Shown: in pieces, positions 20,952 to 30,724 of the stretch | Position numbering within the stretch: the stretch's first letter is position 1 | Layout: every line of letters begins with the position of its first letter | Source of the DNA: Candidatus Poribacteria bacterium | Lineage (GTDB): Bacteria; Poribacteria; WGA-4E; WGA-3G | Assembly: GCA_965197475.1 (NCBI GenBank) | Contig: CBDANF010000003.1 | Span: forward strand, 1,856,001 to 1,920,000 | Length of the DNA: 64,000 nucleotides | Direction of reading: 5' to 3' | Translations under genes and position numbers: made by a program | The notes under the pieces: generated by a model | Told to the model about the DNA's origin: nothing | The model's database searches: none | What the model saw: only the letters and a program-made list of their open reading frames with translations

Positions 20952-21335
20952 TTAGTTTACGACAGAAGCCGTAAAGCGAGGATCTGCTTCAACAGCTTTA
21001 ATCAGAGCATCGTTTGTAACTTTGCCCTTTTCAACTTTAACGACAGCCTTCTTGGTGGATCTGTCAACACTGATAACCTCGGTGACACCCGTGACCTGAC
21101 TGAGTGCAGACTGCACTGCAGGGGGACACGCGCCTCATGTCATGCCCTCCACCAGAAGTGTCACTTCCTGAAAGGCAGCTTTTTGCGGAGTTGGAACCGT
21201 TGTTTCGTCCATCGGTTTTTCATCCGTAGCCATTGTGGTTTCTTCTGGCATTTCTGCCTGCTTACCGACCATACCACAACCCATCAGGAATGCAAAGGTA
21301 ACGAGGGAAATCAGCATTAATCTCGCGATATACAT
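20952..21335 (-). CDS. HMA-domain lipoprotein selenoprotein paralog (GMT-U-GAC)
   Basis: Lipobox LMGC; in-frame TGA at 21137-21135, then GACPPAVQSALSQVTGVTEV..RFTASVVN*; hairpin AGTGCA-GTC-TGCACT. Confidence 0.85.
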
Positions 21336-21554
21336 CGTTTTACCTCCTTCGTAAAATTACATCACCATTTTAACATATTTTAAATTATCATGTCAAGTCC
21401 TTTTTACTATGAACCCGATTTCTAACATCTTACAAGACAAGATGATGTCTACTGTACTGAAATTTAAGGTTGTTATACTTCTATGTATTTAATCTTGATC
21501 GGGGTTTGGGATGATATAAGGATCAGAATCATAGGTTTGGAGAATTATTGACTT

Positions 21555-22337
21555 TTAAGCTTTTTCTCTGTGTGCATCAAGGAATGGAAAGACCTTTTGT
21601 ATCCGTTGAAGCTGCTTGTGAATCGCAGCTGCCCGTTCAAATTGAAGCCTCGCAGAAGCACTATTCCGTTTTGTTACGAGATTAGCCTGTACTTTTTCAT
21701 ACTCTCCCTCCAGTAAGTTTACGATATTCATTATCATTTCTCCGTAGAGTTCGCGAGTGATGAGTGCAGCACAAGGCGCATAGCAACGTTTCATGTCGTA
21801 TTGTAAGCATGCCCGGTAACCTACAAGAGGTGTTATGATTTCTTGACAAGTACGAATCATGAAAATCCGTTGCAACACATCAATCGCCTCATCTGTCCAT
21901 CGCCGACTCGATAACGGACCGAAGTATCTGGCGTTATCTGCTTGAATTTCTGGAACCCTTTCAAGACGTGGAAAATCCTCTCCAACGTCTATCCGAATAT
22001 ACCATGTCTGAATTCCATACTTCAAAGCCGAATTATATGATGGCTGATGCTCTTTAATTAAACGTGATTCTAAGAAGAGTGCCTCTTGTTCTGATTGGCA
22101 AATCTGATAACGGACAGACGTTGTCCATCGAATAAGCCGTTTGATTTTGGAGCGTCGATTTTTCGTATTATGGACGTAGGAACGTACGCGCTTGCGTAAA
22201 CATTTCGCTTTGCCGATATATAGGATTTTGCCCGAAGTACCTTGAAAAAAGTAGACACCCGGATCCGATGGAATGTCTTGGACCATTTCTTTCGTTAGCA
22301 TTTCAGTTTCCGTTAAGGTCTTTACAAGTAAAAACAA
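21555..22337 (-). CDS. UvrC/Cho-like GIY-YIG nuclease (N-terminal UvrC domains only)
   Basis: PGVYFF..LYIGKAKCLRKRVRSY, RYFGP, C..CYAPC, FERAA; true start may be 22301. Confidence 0.85.
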   Translation of the reverse strand: MFLLVKTLTETEMLTKEMVQDIPSDPGVYFFQGTSGKILYIGKAKCLRKRVRSYVHNTKNRRSKIKRLIRWTTSVRYQICQSEQEALFLESRLIKEHQPSYNSALKYGIQTWYIRIDVGEDFPRLERVPEIQADNARYFGPLSSRRWTDEAIDVLQRIFMIRTCQEIITPLVGYRACLQYDMKRCYAPCAALITRELYGEMIMNIVNLLEGEYEKVQANLVTKRNSASARLQFERAAAIHKQLQRIQKVFPFLDAHREKA

Positions 22338-22770
22338 TACATGATGGGGTGGAAATCTGCCTATACAAAATCGTCTAAAGAGGACTTGACATCGTATTGA
22401 GTTTCTGCTAAATTGCTATTTTAGAAATACAAAGTAGTGAAGTGGATTCTTGTATTGTCAACCCAGAAATTCCCTACAACGCCATTGGCAGCATAGTTTC
22501 CCTACTATTCATAAACCTTCTAATTAATGACTACGTTTATTAATTAGAAGTGGTTACAAAATTTTGCATTTTTTTTACGATTTACGCATTTTGCCTGTTT
22601 TCAACCGCCCCCGCGTTTGTAGTAGCACAATTCATTGTGTGTTCGTTAGAGCGAGTGCGTCAAATTTGTCGCACGCTGCATAAGTCCTGTATTTGTAAGA
22701 ATCCCAAAAATACTTGCTGTTGATACCATTTTTATTTCCTGCTAAATTGTTATTTCAAGGAGGATGATCA

Positions 22771-23511
22771 ATGAAATGGATTTTTTGTTTGTTAATTGGA
22801 TGTTTTTGTATTGGCATGAGAGCAGTCTCAGCAAATTTATTGGACGATGCTGTTGGTATTTGGCTATTTGATGAGAGAGAAGGTGGAGTTACTGAGGATA
22901 CATCTGGAAACAAAAACGATGGAACCGTTAGTGGTGCAAAATGGGTGGAAGGAAAATTTGGTGGTGCGTTAGAATTTGAACCTCCACACGTCGTTACGGT
23001 TAAACATTCAGATAGCCTTACTTTCAAAGAACAGATGACCATCGCAACTTGGGTTTACCTGAACGACGGGGTTTCAGATACCGCTATACGTCGTAACGGA
23101 GCGTATCTATTGGAGGTGCAAGGTCCGGGAGAACAGGTGCCTGGTGCCTATGTCTTCGGCATTTGGTCAGGTGGTGGATTTACGGGCGGTGTTTGGAGAA
23201 AAACGGTTGTAGAATCTGAGAAATGGTATCATATTGTCGGTCTTTATGACGGTAAAGAGATGCGACTCTATGTTGATGGCACCTTTGAAGCAACTACTAA
23301 ACAAGTAGGTGACATAGATAATGCTGGCGACCTGCTTTTCGGAACATTTGGAGGCGAAAAATTCATCGGCAGATTGGATGAAGTCATTTTCTTCAATCGA
23401 GCAATAACGGAAGCGGAGATCGCGGAATTGATGCAAGGTGCACATGTTACCCTTCCTGTGTCACCAGAACGGATGCTCACAACTATATGGGGACGACTCA
23501 AAAACCAATAA
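22771..23511 (+). CDS. Secreted LamG/ConA-like domain protein
   Basis: WLFDE..DTSGNKNDG..GKFGGALEF, WYHIVGLYDG..LYVDG; C-terminal TIWGRLK. Confidence 0.9.
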   Translation: MKWIFCLLIGCFCIGMRAVSANLLDDAVGIWLFDEREGGVTEDTSGNKNDGTVSGAKWVEGKFGGALEFEPPHVVTVKHSDSLTFKEQMTIATWVYLNDGVSDTAIRRNGAYLLEVQGPGEQVPGAYVFGIWSGGGFTGGVWRKTVVESEKWYHIVGLYDGKEMRLYVDGTFEATTKQVGDIDNAGDLLFGTFGGEKFIGRLDEVIFFNRAITEAEIAELMQGAHVTLPVSPERMLTTIWGRLKNQ

Positions 23512-23531
23512 ATGAAGGAGGAAAATATCCT

Positions 23532-24386
23532 GTGTTGCGATGGGAACCGAGCACTGAGCAGAAATCACAGTATGAAACCGAAGGGTACTTTATCCTTCGC
23601 AACGTCATTTCGTGTGACCTCGCCGCTGAACTTCGTGGGGTAATTCGTAATGTACTTATGCTTCCAGAACCCGGTGCAAAAGCTGATATTGACCCGATGG
23701 ATCCGATGGAGGATTCTCCACAAGGACGGATTGCGCGCTACCGCAAACTGGGCAACTTCTGTGTTCAATCACCTCTTATTTGGCATAACATTCACGCTGG
23801 TGAAAAATTGCTCAACATTGCGCGCTATTTTCTCGGTGATGATATTATTGTCAAGTTCAACAGTTGTTTCCTCAAACCTGCACGCACTGGTAGTACTACG
23901 CCTTGGCATCAAGATAACGGGCTTTGGCGCGATGGTGAGACAGAACCGTTCAACCTCTGGATGCCGCTTGAACCTGCAACGCGAGAAAATGGATGTATGC
24001 AGTTTATCCCCGGTAGCCACAAAACAGAGATCATTGAGCATGTGTTGTATCCAGATAGCATCCACGGTGAACTTCCACGTGAGGCAGTTAAAAATATGCG
24101 CCAAAAACACGGTGTACATCACATTGAATTGGAGCCCGGTGATGTTGTCTTTTGGCACAGCAGTATGTGGCACTACAGTCCCCCGAATAAAAGTGATCAG
24201 AGTCGTATTGCTGTTGCTGGAGTCTGGACAAACCCTGCGATCGCCAAAACGAGCAAACGTTTCTGGCATAACTTCCGCTGGGCAATGAAAAGCGGTAAAG
24301 TCTGTACCCAATTTCCGCCAGAACCTGTTCCGATGGAAAATAACAATGCTGAAAAACCGAAACCGTTTCTTGCTGTCAAGGAATAA
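23532..24386 (+). CDS. Phytanoyl-CoA dioxygenase (PhyH) family protein
   Basis: PWHQD, ENGCMQFIPGSH, PGDVVFWH..WHYSPPN..SR; AGGAGG RBS before GTG at 23532. Confidence 0.9.
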   Translation: MLRWEPSTEQKSQYETEGYFILRNVISCDLAAELRGVIRNVLMLPEPGAKADIDPMDPMEDSPQGRIARYRKLGNFCVQSPLIWHNIHAGEKLLNIARYFLGDDIIVKFNSCFLKPARTGSTTPWHQDNGLWRDGETEPFNLWMPLEPATRENGCMQFIPGSHKTEIIEHVLYPDSIHGELPREAVKNMRQKHGVHHIELEPGDVVFWHSSMWHYSPPNKSDQSRIAVAGVWTNPAIAKTSKRFWHNFRWAMKSGKVCTQFPPEPVPMENNNAEKPKPFLAVKE

Positions 24387-24389
24387 CAA

Positions 24390-25709
24390 ATGCAAAAACC
24401 GGACATTGTTGTTTACCTGTCTGATGACCATGGGTGGGAATACCTTGGTTGCTACGGAAACACGCATATCCAAACACCGCACTTAGATCGCATTGCAAAA
24501 GAAGGGATGCGTTTTACACATGCTTTTACGCCGACTCCAACGTGTGTTCCTTCCCGTTCGACTCTGTACACCGGACTCTATCCTGCTCGGCATGGGGCAA
24601 TGGGAAATCACACGGAATGTAATTCAACACTTGAAGCGTTGCCGAAAATGCTCAGAAAACTCGGTTATCGTGTGGCAATTGCAGGAAAAACGCATGTGAA
24701 ACCAGAAACGCTTTTTGATTTTGAGTATGTCGGTGGATTTCCTCCGAAGCGTGCAGAACATGCCCGGAAATATCGCGCAGAAGGTCTTGATACCGCACCG
24801 GTTGAAAGTTTTCTTTCAACACATCGGCAAGAAAATCCAGACCAACCAATCTGTCTTATCCTTGGGGATAGCAACTTGCACGTCACATGGGAACCGAATA
24901 AAATCTATAACCCCGATGCTTTGCCACTGCCTCCGTATTTTGCAGATACGCTGATCGCTCGAAAAGCACTTGCTAACTATTATCAGGACATTACTACAAT
25001 GGATATCCGCATCGGTAAAATTGATAGAATGTTGGAAACGCACGGATATGCAGACAACACACTTTTCATTTATACAACCGATCACGGTTCCGAGTGGCCG
25101 CATTGCAAATGGACATTGTATGATACCGGTATTCGTCTACCGTTTATCGCAAGGTGGCGCGGTGTGCTTCCCGCTGCAACCGTTACCGATGCGATGATTT
25201 CCCATATCGATTTTCTGCCAACACTTATAGATATTGCTGGCGGTGAACCGTCAGAAGATTTAGATGGTAGAAGTTTTAAGGATATTTTGTGTGGACAGCA
25301 GGCAACTTTTCGTGATAAAATTTACGGTACGCATACACGTGACGGGGATATGAACGTCTTCCCGCAACGATGCGTCCGAGATAATCAATACAAATATATT
25401 TTGAACCTGATGCCCGAAAATAGATGGACAACTCATTTTACTGAGGTTGAAGGAATTCCAGAAAGCCATGCAGAGGTGTGGAACAGTTGGGTGGAAAAGG
25501 CGAAAAGCGACCCGAAAACTGCTCAACTTGTTTACTTGACACAACACCACCCTGTTGAGGAACTGTATGATGTCCATGCGGATCCGTCCGAATTCAACAA
25601 TTTAGCATTTGAGGCAACATCGCGCCCTACACTTGAAAAAATGCGCGCCGATGTGTTGCAATGGATGCAATCACAAGGAGATAAAGGAGAATCTGAAAAT
25701 GAAAAATAA
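24390..25709 (+). CDS. Sulfatase (sulfamidase-like)
   Basis: SDDHG, CVPSR (CxPxR), GKTH, TDHG. Confidence 0.92.
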   Translation: MQKPDIVVYLSDDHGWEYLGCYGNTHIQTPHLDRIAKEGMRFTHAFTPTPTCVPSRSTLYTGLYPARHGAMGNHTECNSTLEALPKMLRKLGYRVAIAGKTHVKPETLFDFEYVGGFPPKRAEHARKYRAEGLDTAPVESFLSTHRQENPDQPICLILGDSNLHVTWEPNKIYNPDALPLPPYFADTLIARKALANYYQDITTMDIRIGKIDRMLETHGYADNTLFIYTTDHGSEWPHCKWTLYDTGIRLPFIARWRGVLPAATVTDAMISHIDFLPTLIDIAGGEPSEDLDGRSFKDILCGQQATFRDKIYGTHTRDGDMNVFPQRCVRDNQYKYILNLMPENRWTTHFTEVEGIPESHAEVWNSWVEKAKSDPKTAQLVYLTQHHPVEELYDVHADPSEFNNLAFEATSRPTLEKMRADVLQWMQSQGDKGESENEK

Positions 25710-26289
25710 ACTTATTAATGAACTTGTTTACGTTGCGCTAATCGTCGCGACGCTTATGTGTTTGGCTTGTATTGATACTGACGTGCTTATTGATATTACA
25801 AACCCACAGGAGGACACACCGTTACCGCCAGGGGAAGGGTTGGCAGAAGGTGCAACAGCACCAGCATTTTTGCTTCCGGATGCTGATGGCAATTTACTTT
25901 CACTTTCCAACTATGCTGGTCAAAAGTTAGTAATTGTTTTCTATGCCACTGGGACGTGAACGGTCTGTCGATCGCAACTCGGTGAGTTGCAAACAGGATA
26001 TGAAGATATTAAAGCGGGAGGTGTTGAACTGATTGCAATTAGTAGTGATACTCAGTTTGGTACGGGTAATACGCGGCAGGACCTACAAATTACTTTTCCG
26101 CTGCTTTCGGACGGGGACTTGGAAGCTATAACTGATTACAACGTGGTTGAACAAGCTACTCCATTTTTGGCACGTCCTACTACTTACATTATTGATGAAA
26201 GTGGTATAATCGTATGGAAAGACATTGGTGTAAGGTTCGGTCATCGTACTACTTCAGGAGAGATTATCGCAGCATTGCAAGGATTGTAG
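25699..26289 (+). CDS. AhpC/TSA peroxiredoxin-like lipoprotein selenoprotein (U-TVC)
   Basis: Lipobox CLAC; VIVFYATGT-TGA(25957-25959)-TVCRSQLGELQ in frame; perfect hairpin GCAACTC-GGT-GAGTTGC at 25974-25990. Confidence 0.87.
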
Positions 26290-26499
26290 ACGTTATTTAA
26301 AATGATGACAGTACTTTTGATTATTAGTCAAATTTACAATTAGCATTATAATATTGTGTTGTAGGAGGGAACTCCGATTCCCGACTATCAGCGTAACTAC
26401 TTGTTGTTCGGAGATCGCTCCCGTCAAATGCCTATGAACAGACCTTACACAATTATTGTACATAATGATTAGGAATTAACAATCTATCGCGGAATTGAC

Positions 26500-26824
26500 C
26501 CTCTGTCCCTGACAATGATAATGTTGACGTTCAAGTCACCTTCCGAACGGAGAGAATTTCTCTGCAGTCTTTTTCACCCTTCAAAACATTGAAACCTTAA
26601 TGGAACGTTACAAAAAGACTGGAGAATGTGCTGACGGTCTCTATTTTTGGGCATCTGATATGGTAATTGTTCAACAACTTTCTGAAAAAACTATCTGTGC
26701 GACAATTGACAAGCTGTTAGCTGAAGATGAGTTTGAGTCTGTTTTTTCCAAAAATCAAAAATCTACAGAAATTTCTTCTAATAATGAAGAAGTTTATTTC
26801 AGACGCTTCAATGAATCGTTGTAA
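26500..26824 (+). pseudogene. Frameshifted hypothetical protein (immunity-protein-like)
   Basis: DNVDVQVTF / FFTLQNIETLMERYKKTGEC..YFWASDMVIV split across frames. Confidence 0.45.
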
Positions 26825-26936
26825 ACTATGTTGTACACTTTACTGTTTCGTAAAACGCATGTAACGGAGTCTTGTAATCTTTGGGATTCATGGGATTTTT
26901 TGGTTTGCATGTGTTTTGGAAGCACTTAGTTGGATG

Positions 26937-27680
26937 CTATCTCGTTAACAGATCGGGCGTGAAATCCTTGAAAATAATCCTATCAGGCAAATCTGCTATA
27001 TCAACGTACCAAATTTTATCAACTCCGACTGGCAGACCATTTGGGTAAGCTTCCCGTATTGCATTCAGTATTTCCCAACCCTGGACATCCATAAGAGCAA
27101 CATCATTGCTTTCTATGAGAAGTACCGTTATCTTGCTAAGGTCTTTATAACTTTGGAGTTTTTTTGCCTTTATATCAAGTAGCTTCTTGATGCGTTCGGA
27201 AAGATTAGTGTTGTCTGGTGGAAAACGACCAAAGCGAACACATGGTAGCAAGTCATATCCCTTGATAACATGGAACGGAAAGGGGATATCAGGGGCGTTT
27301 TTAACCCAATGAGGACCATTTGCTAAGCGTGAATTATCTATTTCTTGACTAATCCAACTCTTGAATCCCTGGCGAATCTTTCTCCAGTCTTGTCCTTTTG
27401 TGATGACCCCATCGTAAAAGTTAATGTCAAGACGAAACGAAAGTTGATCGGAGAATTCTTCTATAAGACCTCCGGTGACTCGCATGAACCAATCATTATT
27501 GCGACGCTGATTCGGGATTGTATCAATGCTTGTATGCTCAATTGCAAAAGGTCCGGCAATTGCATCTATATCAGAAGAACTTCGATTTTCCTTATCAGGG
27601 TAAGAAGTGACTGTAAGTTCTGGATAACCGTTCTTCCGTAAATGTTTTATGAATGCATCAATGATGTCATAATCCTGCAT
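26937..27680 (-). CDS. Hypothetical protein, possible PD-(D/E)XK fold
   Basis: 247-aa ORF; PD..DIDAIAGPFAIEHT. Confidence 0.65.
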   Translation of the reverse strand: MQDYDIIDAFIKHLRKNGYPELTVTSYPDKENRSSSDIDAIAGPFAIEHTSIDTIPNQRRNNDWFMRVTGGLIEEFSDQLSFRLDINFYDGVITKGQDWRKIRQGFKSWISQEIDNSRLANGPHWVKNAPDIPFPFHVIKGYDLLPCVRFGRFPPDNTNLSERIKKLLDIKAKKLQSYKDLSKITVLLIESNDVALMDVQGWEILNAIREAYPNGLPVGVDKIWYVDIADLPDRIIFKDFTPDLLTR

Positions 27681-27706
27681 AAAATTTTGCTTGGCTTATC
27701 TTGTCT

Positions 27707-28483
27707 CTACCGTAGCAGATCAGGTTTTATTTCTAATTCCAGCTGAAACTTGATTTGCTGCGCTTCCATTATTGTCAGTAGGTGTTGTATCGCCAGCCAT
27801 CCTCCCGCTTTTGGATCTGTTTCTATTAGAAATCTGTCCTCCAGTTCTCCGCACCCCAACTCGTCATCACTAAAAACCCCTTTCGGAATTTCCATCCACT
27901 TCATTACCTGCTCTGATGGGAGGTGATGAAGCTCACTTATCTGTATCTCCAGATCCTGGTCGTTTAGTCCTATATAAGCTGTATCTTCCATTATTTCATT
28001 ACTGTGATTCTCCAGATACCACATCATCAGATCAAGTAAATATAGGCGGTCCTTGCTCCCCGTTCCCGTCAATGGGCGTTTCCAAGCCATTGACGGTATC
28101 TGATAAAAATCGTTAGAATTTTCTGGTACCTGTGTTAGTAGAAATTTTGCTTTCTGGTTAATAGGATGTTTGTTTAGTGCCAAGCGTTCACGACTCTTGG
28201 AGTATAGTTCTTTAAGCAATTCTTTTGCCTTACCCACCGAGCACCTAAAGAATTCTCGATTAGAAGCGACACGGTCCTCTGCAAGTTTACTGTGCATTTC
28301 ACTTTCTAGTCGGATATACTCCTCAGAAGACAATTCAAAGGCAACCTTAAACGGTGTTGGAATTCCAGTTGAATTTGAAAGATCTTTCGCCCGGGTAGAA
28401 CTTTTACGAGCTGTCCTACCAATTTTTATTAGGTCTGGCATTGAGTCATTTACCAAGATATAAACATAGCCCATAACGATCAC
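27707..28483 (-). CDS. GIY-YIG (T5orf172-like) domain protein
   Basis: GYVYILVN..LIKIGRT..STGIPTPF..E..MH..REFF. Confidence 0.85.
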   Translation of the reverse strand: MIVMGYVYILVNDSMPDLIKIGRTARKSSTRAKDLSNSTGIPTPFKVAFELSSEEYIRLESEMHSKLAEDRVASNREFFRCSVGKAKELLKELYSKSRERLALNKHPINQKAKFLLTQVPENSNDFYQIPSMAWKRPLTGTGSKDRLYLLDLMMWYLENHSNEIMEDTAYIGLNDQDLEIQISELHHLPSEQVMKWMEIPKGVFSDDELGCGELEDRFLIETDPKAGGWLAIQHLLTIMEAQQIKFQLELEIKPDLLR

Positions 28484-28595
28484 CTCGAATTTTCAGAAAA
28501 ATATAGTGTAGGCACAGACCTATTGCAATTGAATTGTAGTGTCCAAAATAGCAGAAATATTCTGGACCATTCAGTAGTAGTGTTAATTCTTATTC

Positions 28596-28919
28596 CTATG
28601 GGAAATCTATGGCCTCTGTCAATTCTGATCCGCCTACTAAGATCGGCATACCCCGCAGCACGCCACGATTTGGTGTACAGACAAGATAGGTATTTGACTT
28701 AAGTATTGCAATCACAAGTTCCCCGTTACGCGGATCAGGTTTCCCAACCTCCACATAGTAGTCCTCACCATGCTTATGATAGGCAATACTAAAGATACGC
28801 TGATCTGAAACATCCCATCCTAAGTTTTTTTCTGCAAACTTCTTGACAGATTCCCAGACTTCTTCCGCCTGGGCGTCGTCTTTTGCTTTGGGAATAAAAA
28901 ATTTCACTTCTGTAGTCAT
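28596..28919 (-). CDS. Hypothetical protein
   Basis: GAGGA RBS; 107-aa ORF. Confidence 0.65.
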   Translation of the reverse strand: MTTEVKFFIPKAKDDAQAEEVWESVKKFAEKNLGWDVSDQRIFSIAYHKHGEDYYVEVGKPDPRNGELVIAILKSNTYLVCTPNRGVLRGMPILVGGSELTEAIDFP

Positions 28920-29046
28920 TTTAATTCCTCTTGAAAATTGATACAAGATGGTTATTAGACAATCTGTCACTTAAATCTGAGTCAAGTTTAATTTGTTGTG
29001 ATAGTAAGACAAATGACAATTCTAAAGCAGTGAACTTTTTGATCAG

Positions 29047-29394
29047 TTAAGCAGCTACTTCTTCGGTAAGCAGGCGATTTAACAATTCCTCTAAATTAAA
29101 CAGAGAATCATTTAACAGTAAAGGATTGGTCTTCATTTCCTTCGCTTCAAGGGTAAAACTTTTTAACAGTTCTGATGTAATAACAGTATTGTTTAAATCA
29201 AACAGATAATGATTCAATTCTACAAGGTCCGCTTGCATCTTCTCAAAAAACGCCGTTCTGCTTGAAGCTGCTGCATTCACCATATCCTCAATTTCCAATA
29301 CTAATAACCTTTTTAGCGCACGTTCTGTTACCTCTTCAAGGATACCTTCATCTGCAAGAAAATCCTCAAAGCTGCCACCTTCATACTTATTCAT
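29047..29394 (-). CDS. XRE-type antitoxin (diverged HTH)
   Basis: GGSFEDFLADEGILEEV..KR N-terminus typical of partners of Gp49/HigB-like toxins. Confidence 0.75.
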   Translation of the reverse strand: MNKYEGGSFEDFLADEGILEEVTERALKRLLVLEIEDMVNAAASSRTAFFEKMQADLVELNHYLFDLNNTVITSELLKSFTLEAKEMKTNPLLLNDSLFNLEELLNRLLTEEVAA

Positions 29395-29752
29395 ACAAAG
29401 ATCCTCCACTTTGCCATAATTTTCTTCGATTTCGTGCCAAATTTAAATCCCTCTGTGGGGGTTTTTGAGATTGTTTGATGAAGCCATGCAACAACAGCAT
29501 CTTGTCATCTCTAATGGAAAAAAGAATTCGCGCAATCCGTCTTCCACTAAGATGACTTCGAATTTCCCATAGTTGATCTTCCATTTTCCTAACAAGAGGC
29601 ATACCCAAAGGCCAACGAAATTGCACCAATCTTATGTCTTCACCAATTGCCTTTCTGTCCGCTTTTTCAAGTCCTCTGAGCCATTGCTGCACAGGAGAAT
29701 GTCCAGAATCAGTATGAAAGAAGATGACATTAAGAGTAGGTTCATCGTTCAT
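29387..29752 (-). CDS. RelE/HigB-like (Gp49/DUF891) toxin
   Basis: PVQQWL..WPLGMPLVRKM..LWEIR..LLHGFIKQSQK. Confidence 0.88.
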   Translation of the reverse strand: MNDEPTLNVIFFHTDSGHSPVQQWLRGLEKADRKAIGEDIRLVQFRWPLGMPLVRKMEDQLWEIRSHLSGRRIARILFSIRDDKMLLLHGFIKQSQKPPQRDLNLARNRRKLWQSGGSLYE

Positions 29753-29869
29753 AAAAATATATGCATTGATATCGGATAATCTACCACTGGTTCAAGTTTG
29801 GCACACAAGGTAGAACTTACGATTTACCTCATTGATAGTATATCAGATTAGTAATGATTTTGCAAAGTA

Positions 29870-29896
29870 AAACGGGTGGATATAAATCCACCCGTT
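29870..29896 (-). terminator. Hairpin terminator after the M16 operon
   Basis: AACGGGTGGAT-ATAA-ATCCACCCGTT. Confidence 0.6.
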
Positions 29897-29944
29897 GCAG
29901 ATTAAACAAAAAATTAACTACTACATTCCAACGTCAATATACAA

Positions 29945-30724
29945 CTACTCTGGTAGTCCATCAACCGCCGCAAAGAAATCAGCGTTTGATGCGCTAAAAC
30001 CGTACTGCTGCTCTACCTCCCGAATGGCGATTTCTGTGGTGAATAGGTTATCGTAAGTATCGGGAAACTCTACACCTGTGGTGGCATCGCGAAGTAGAAT
30101 AATGTTATACCCATACCTTGCCATAGAACGGATGCCGTAATCCCTACCTAACACACACCAATTTGTAGCAAAACCAGCAAAGAGCAGATGTAAGATACGC
30201 TTTTCTTCAAGCAACTCGTGCAACTGCTGCCCTGTTGCGATAACAAATTCATCTTCTTGGACATCAATTGCAGGGGACATAGAGAGTTGTGATGCAAGTT
30301 TGTCCCAATGTATACCGATACCCGGTGGTTGACTACGGGGACCTCGGTAAACGGCATAATCTCTTGATCGACTTCGGAAATCAGAAGGTGGCCATGCCGA
30401 AGGTGCGGAGGGTTCAGGCGGTTTGTGTCGTTGGAGTTGTGGATACTGCGCTGCAACGGGCGGCGAAGGAGCATGGACGATTGTCATGCCCACCTTTCGC
30501 GCTGCATCTAATACCGGTACGACGCAGTCAATTGTCACCTGTTTTGCACGTTCAATCCAACTTTCGATGAAATGCACGTTCCATAAATCAACAAGAACCA
30601 ACGCGGTCTCCGCAATCGGCAACGGCATTTCAAACTCACTACGGATGAAGGCGGTTTCACGGCACGGCACATCTGCTGGCGTACTATCTTGGAAGTAGCG
30701 GACACGCAAATTTAAGGTTTTCAT
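29945..30724 (-). CDS. Isochorismatase-family cysteine hydrolase
   Basis: TALVLVDLW, AGFATNWCV, LLRDATT. Confidence 0.85.
   Translation of the reverse strand: MKTLNLRVRYFQDSTPADVPCRETAFIRSEFEMPLPIAETALVLVDLWNVHFIESWIERAKQVTIDCVVPVLDAARKVGMTIVHAPSPPVAAQYPQLQRHKPPEPSAPSAWPPSDFRSRSRDYAVYRGPRSQPPGIGIHWDKLASQLSMSPAIDVQEDEFVIATGQQLHELLEEKRILHLLFAGFATNWCVLGRDYGIRSMARYGYNIILLRDATTGVEFPDTYDNLFTTEIAIREVEQQYGFSASNADFFAAVDGLPE

Noticed and set aside
22575-22692. Possible MITE ending TGCATAAGTCCTG with an internal REP
   Set aside because: The left end is too degenerate and there is no TSD
23565-25577. Many antisense and alternative-frame ORFs over PhyH and the sulfatase (and similar ones elsewhere, e.g. 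52515-53258)
   Set aside because: Shadow ORFs with no motifs, overlapping well-supported genes
26830-28600. Integron cassette array
   Set aside because: One RYYYAAC after a stop codon, but no matching GTTRRRY or attC stem, and no integrase
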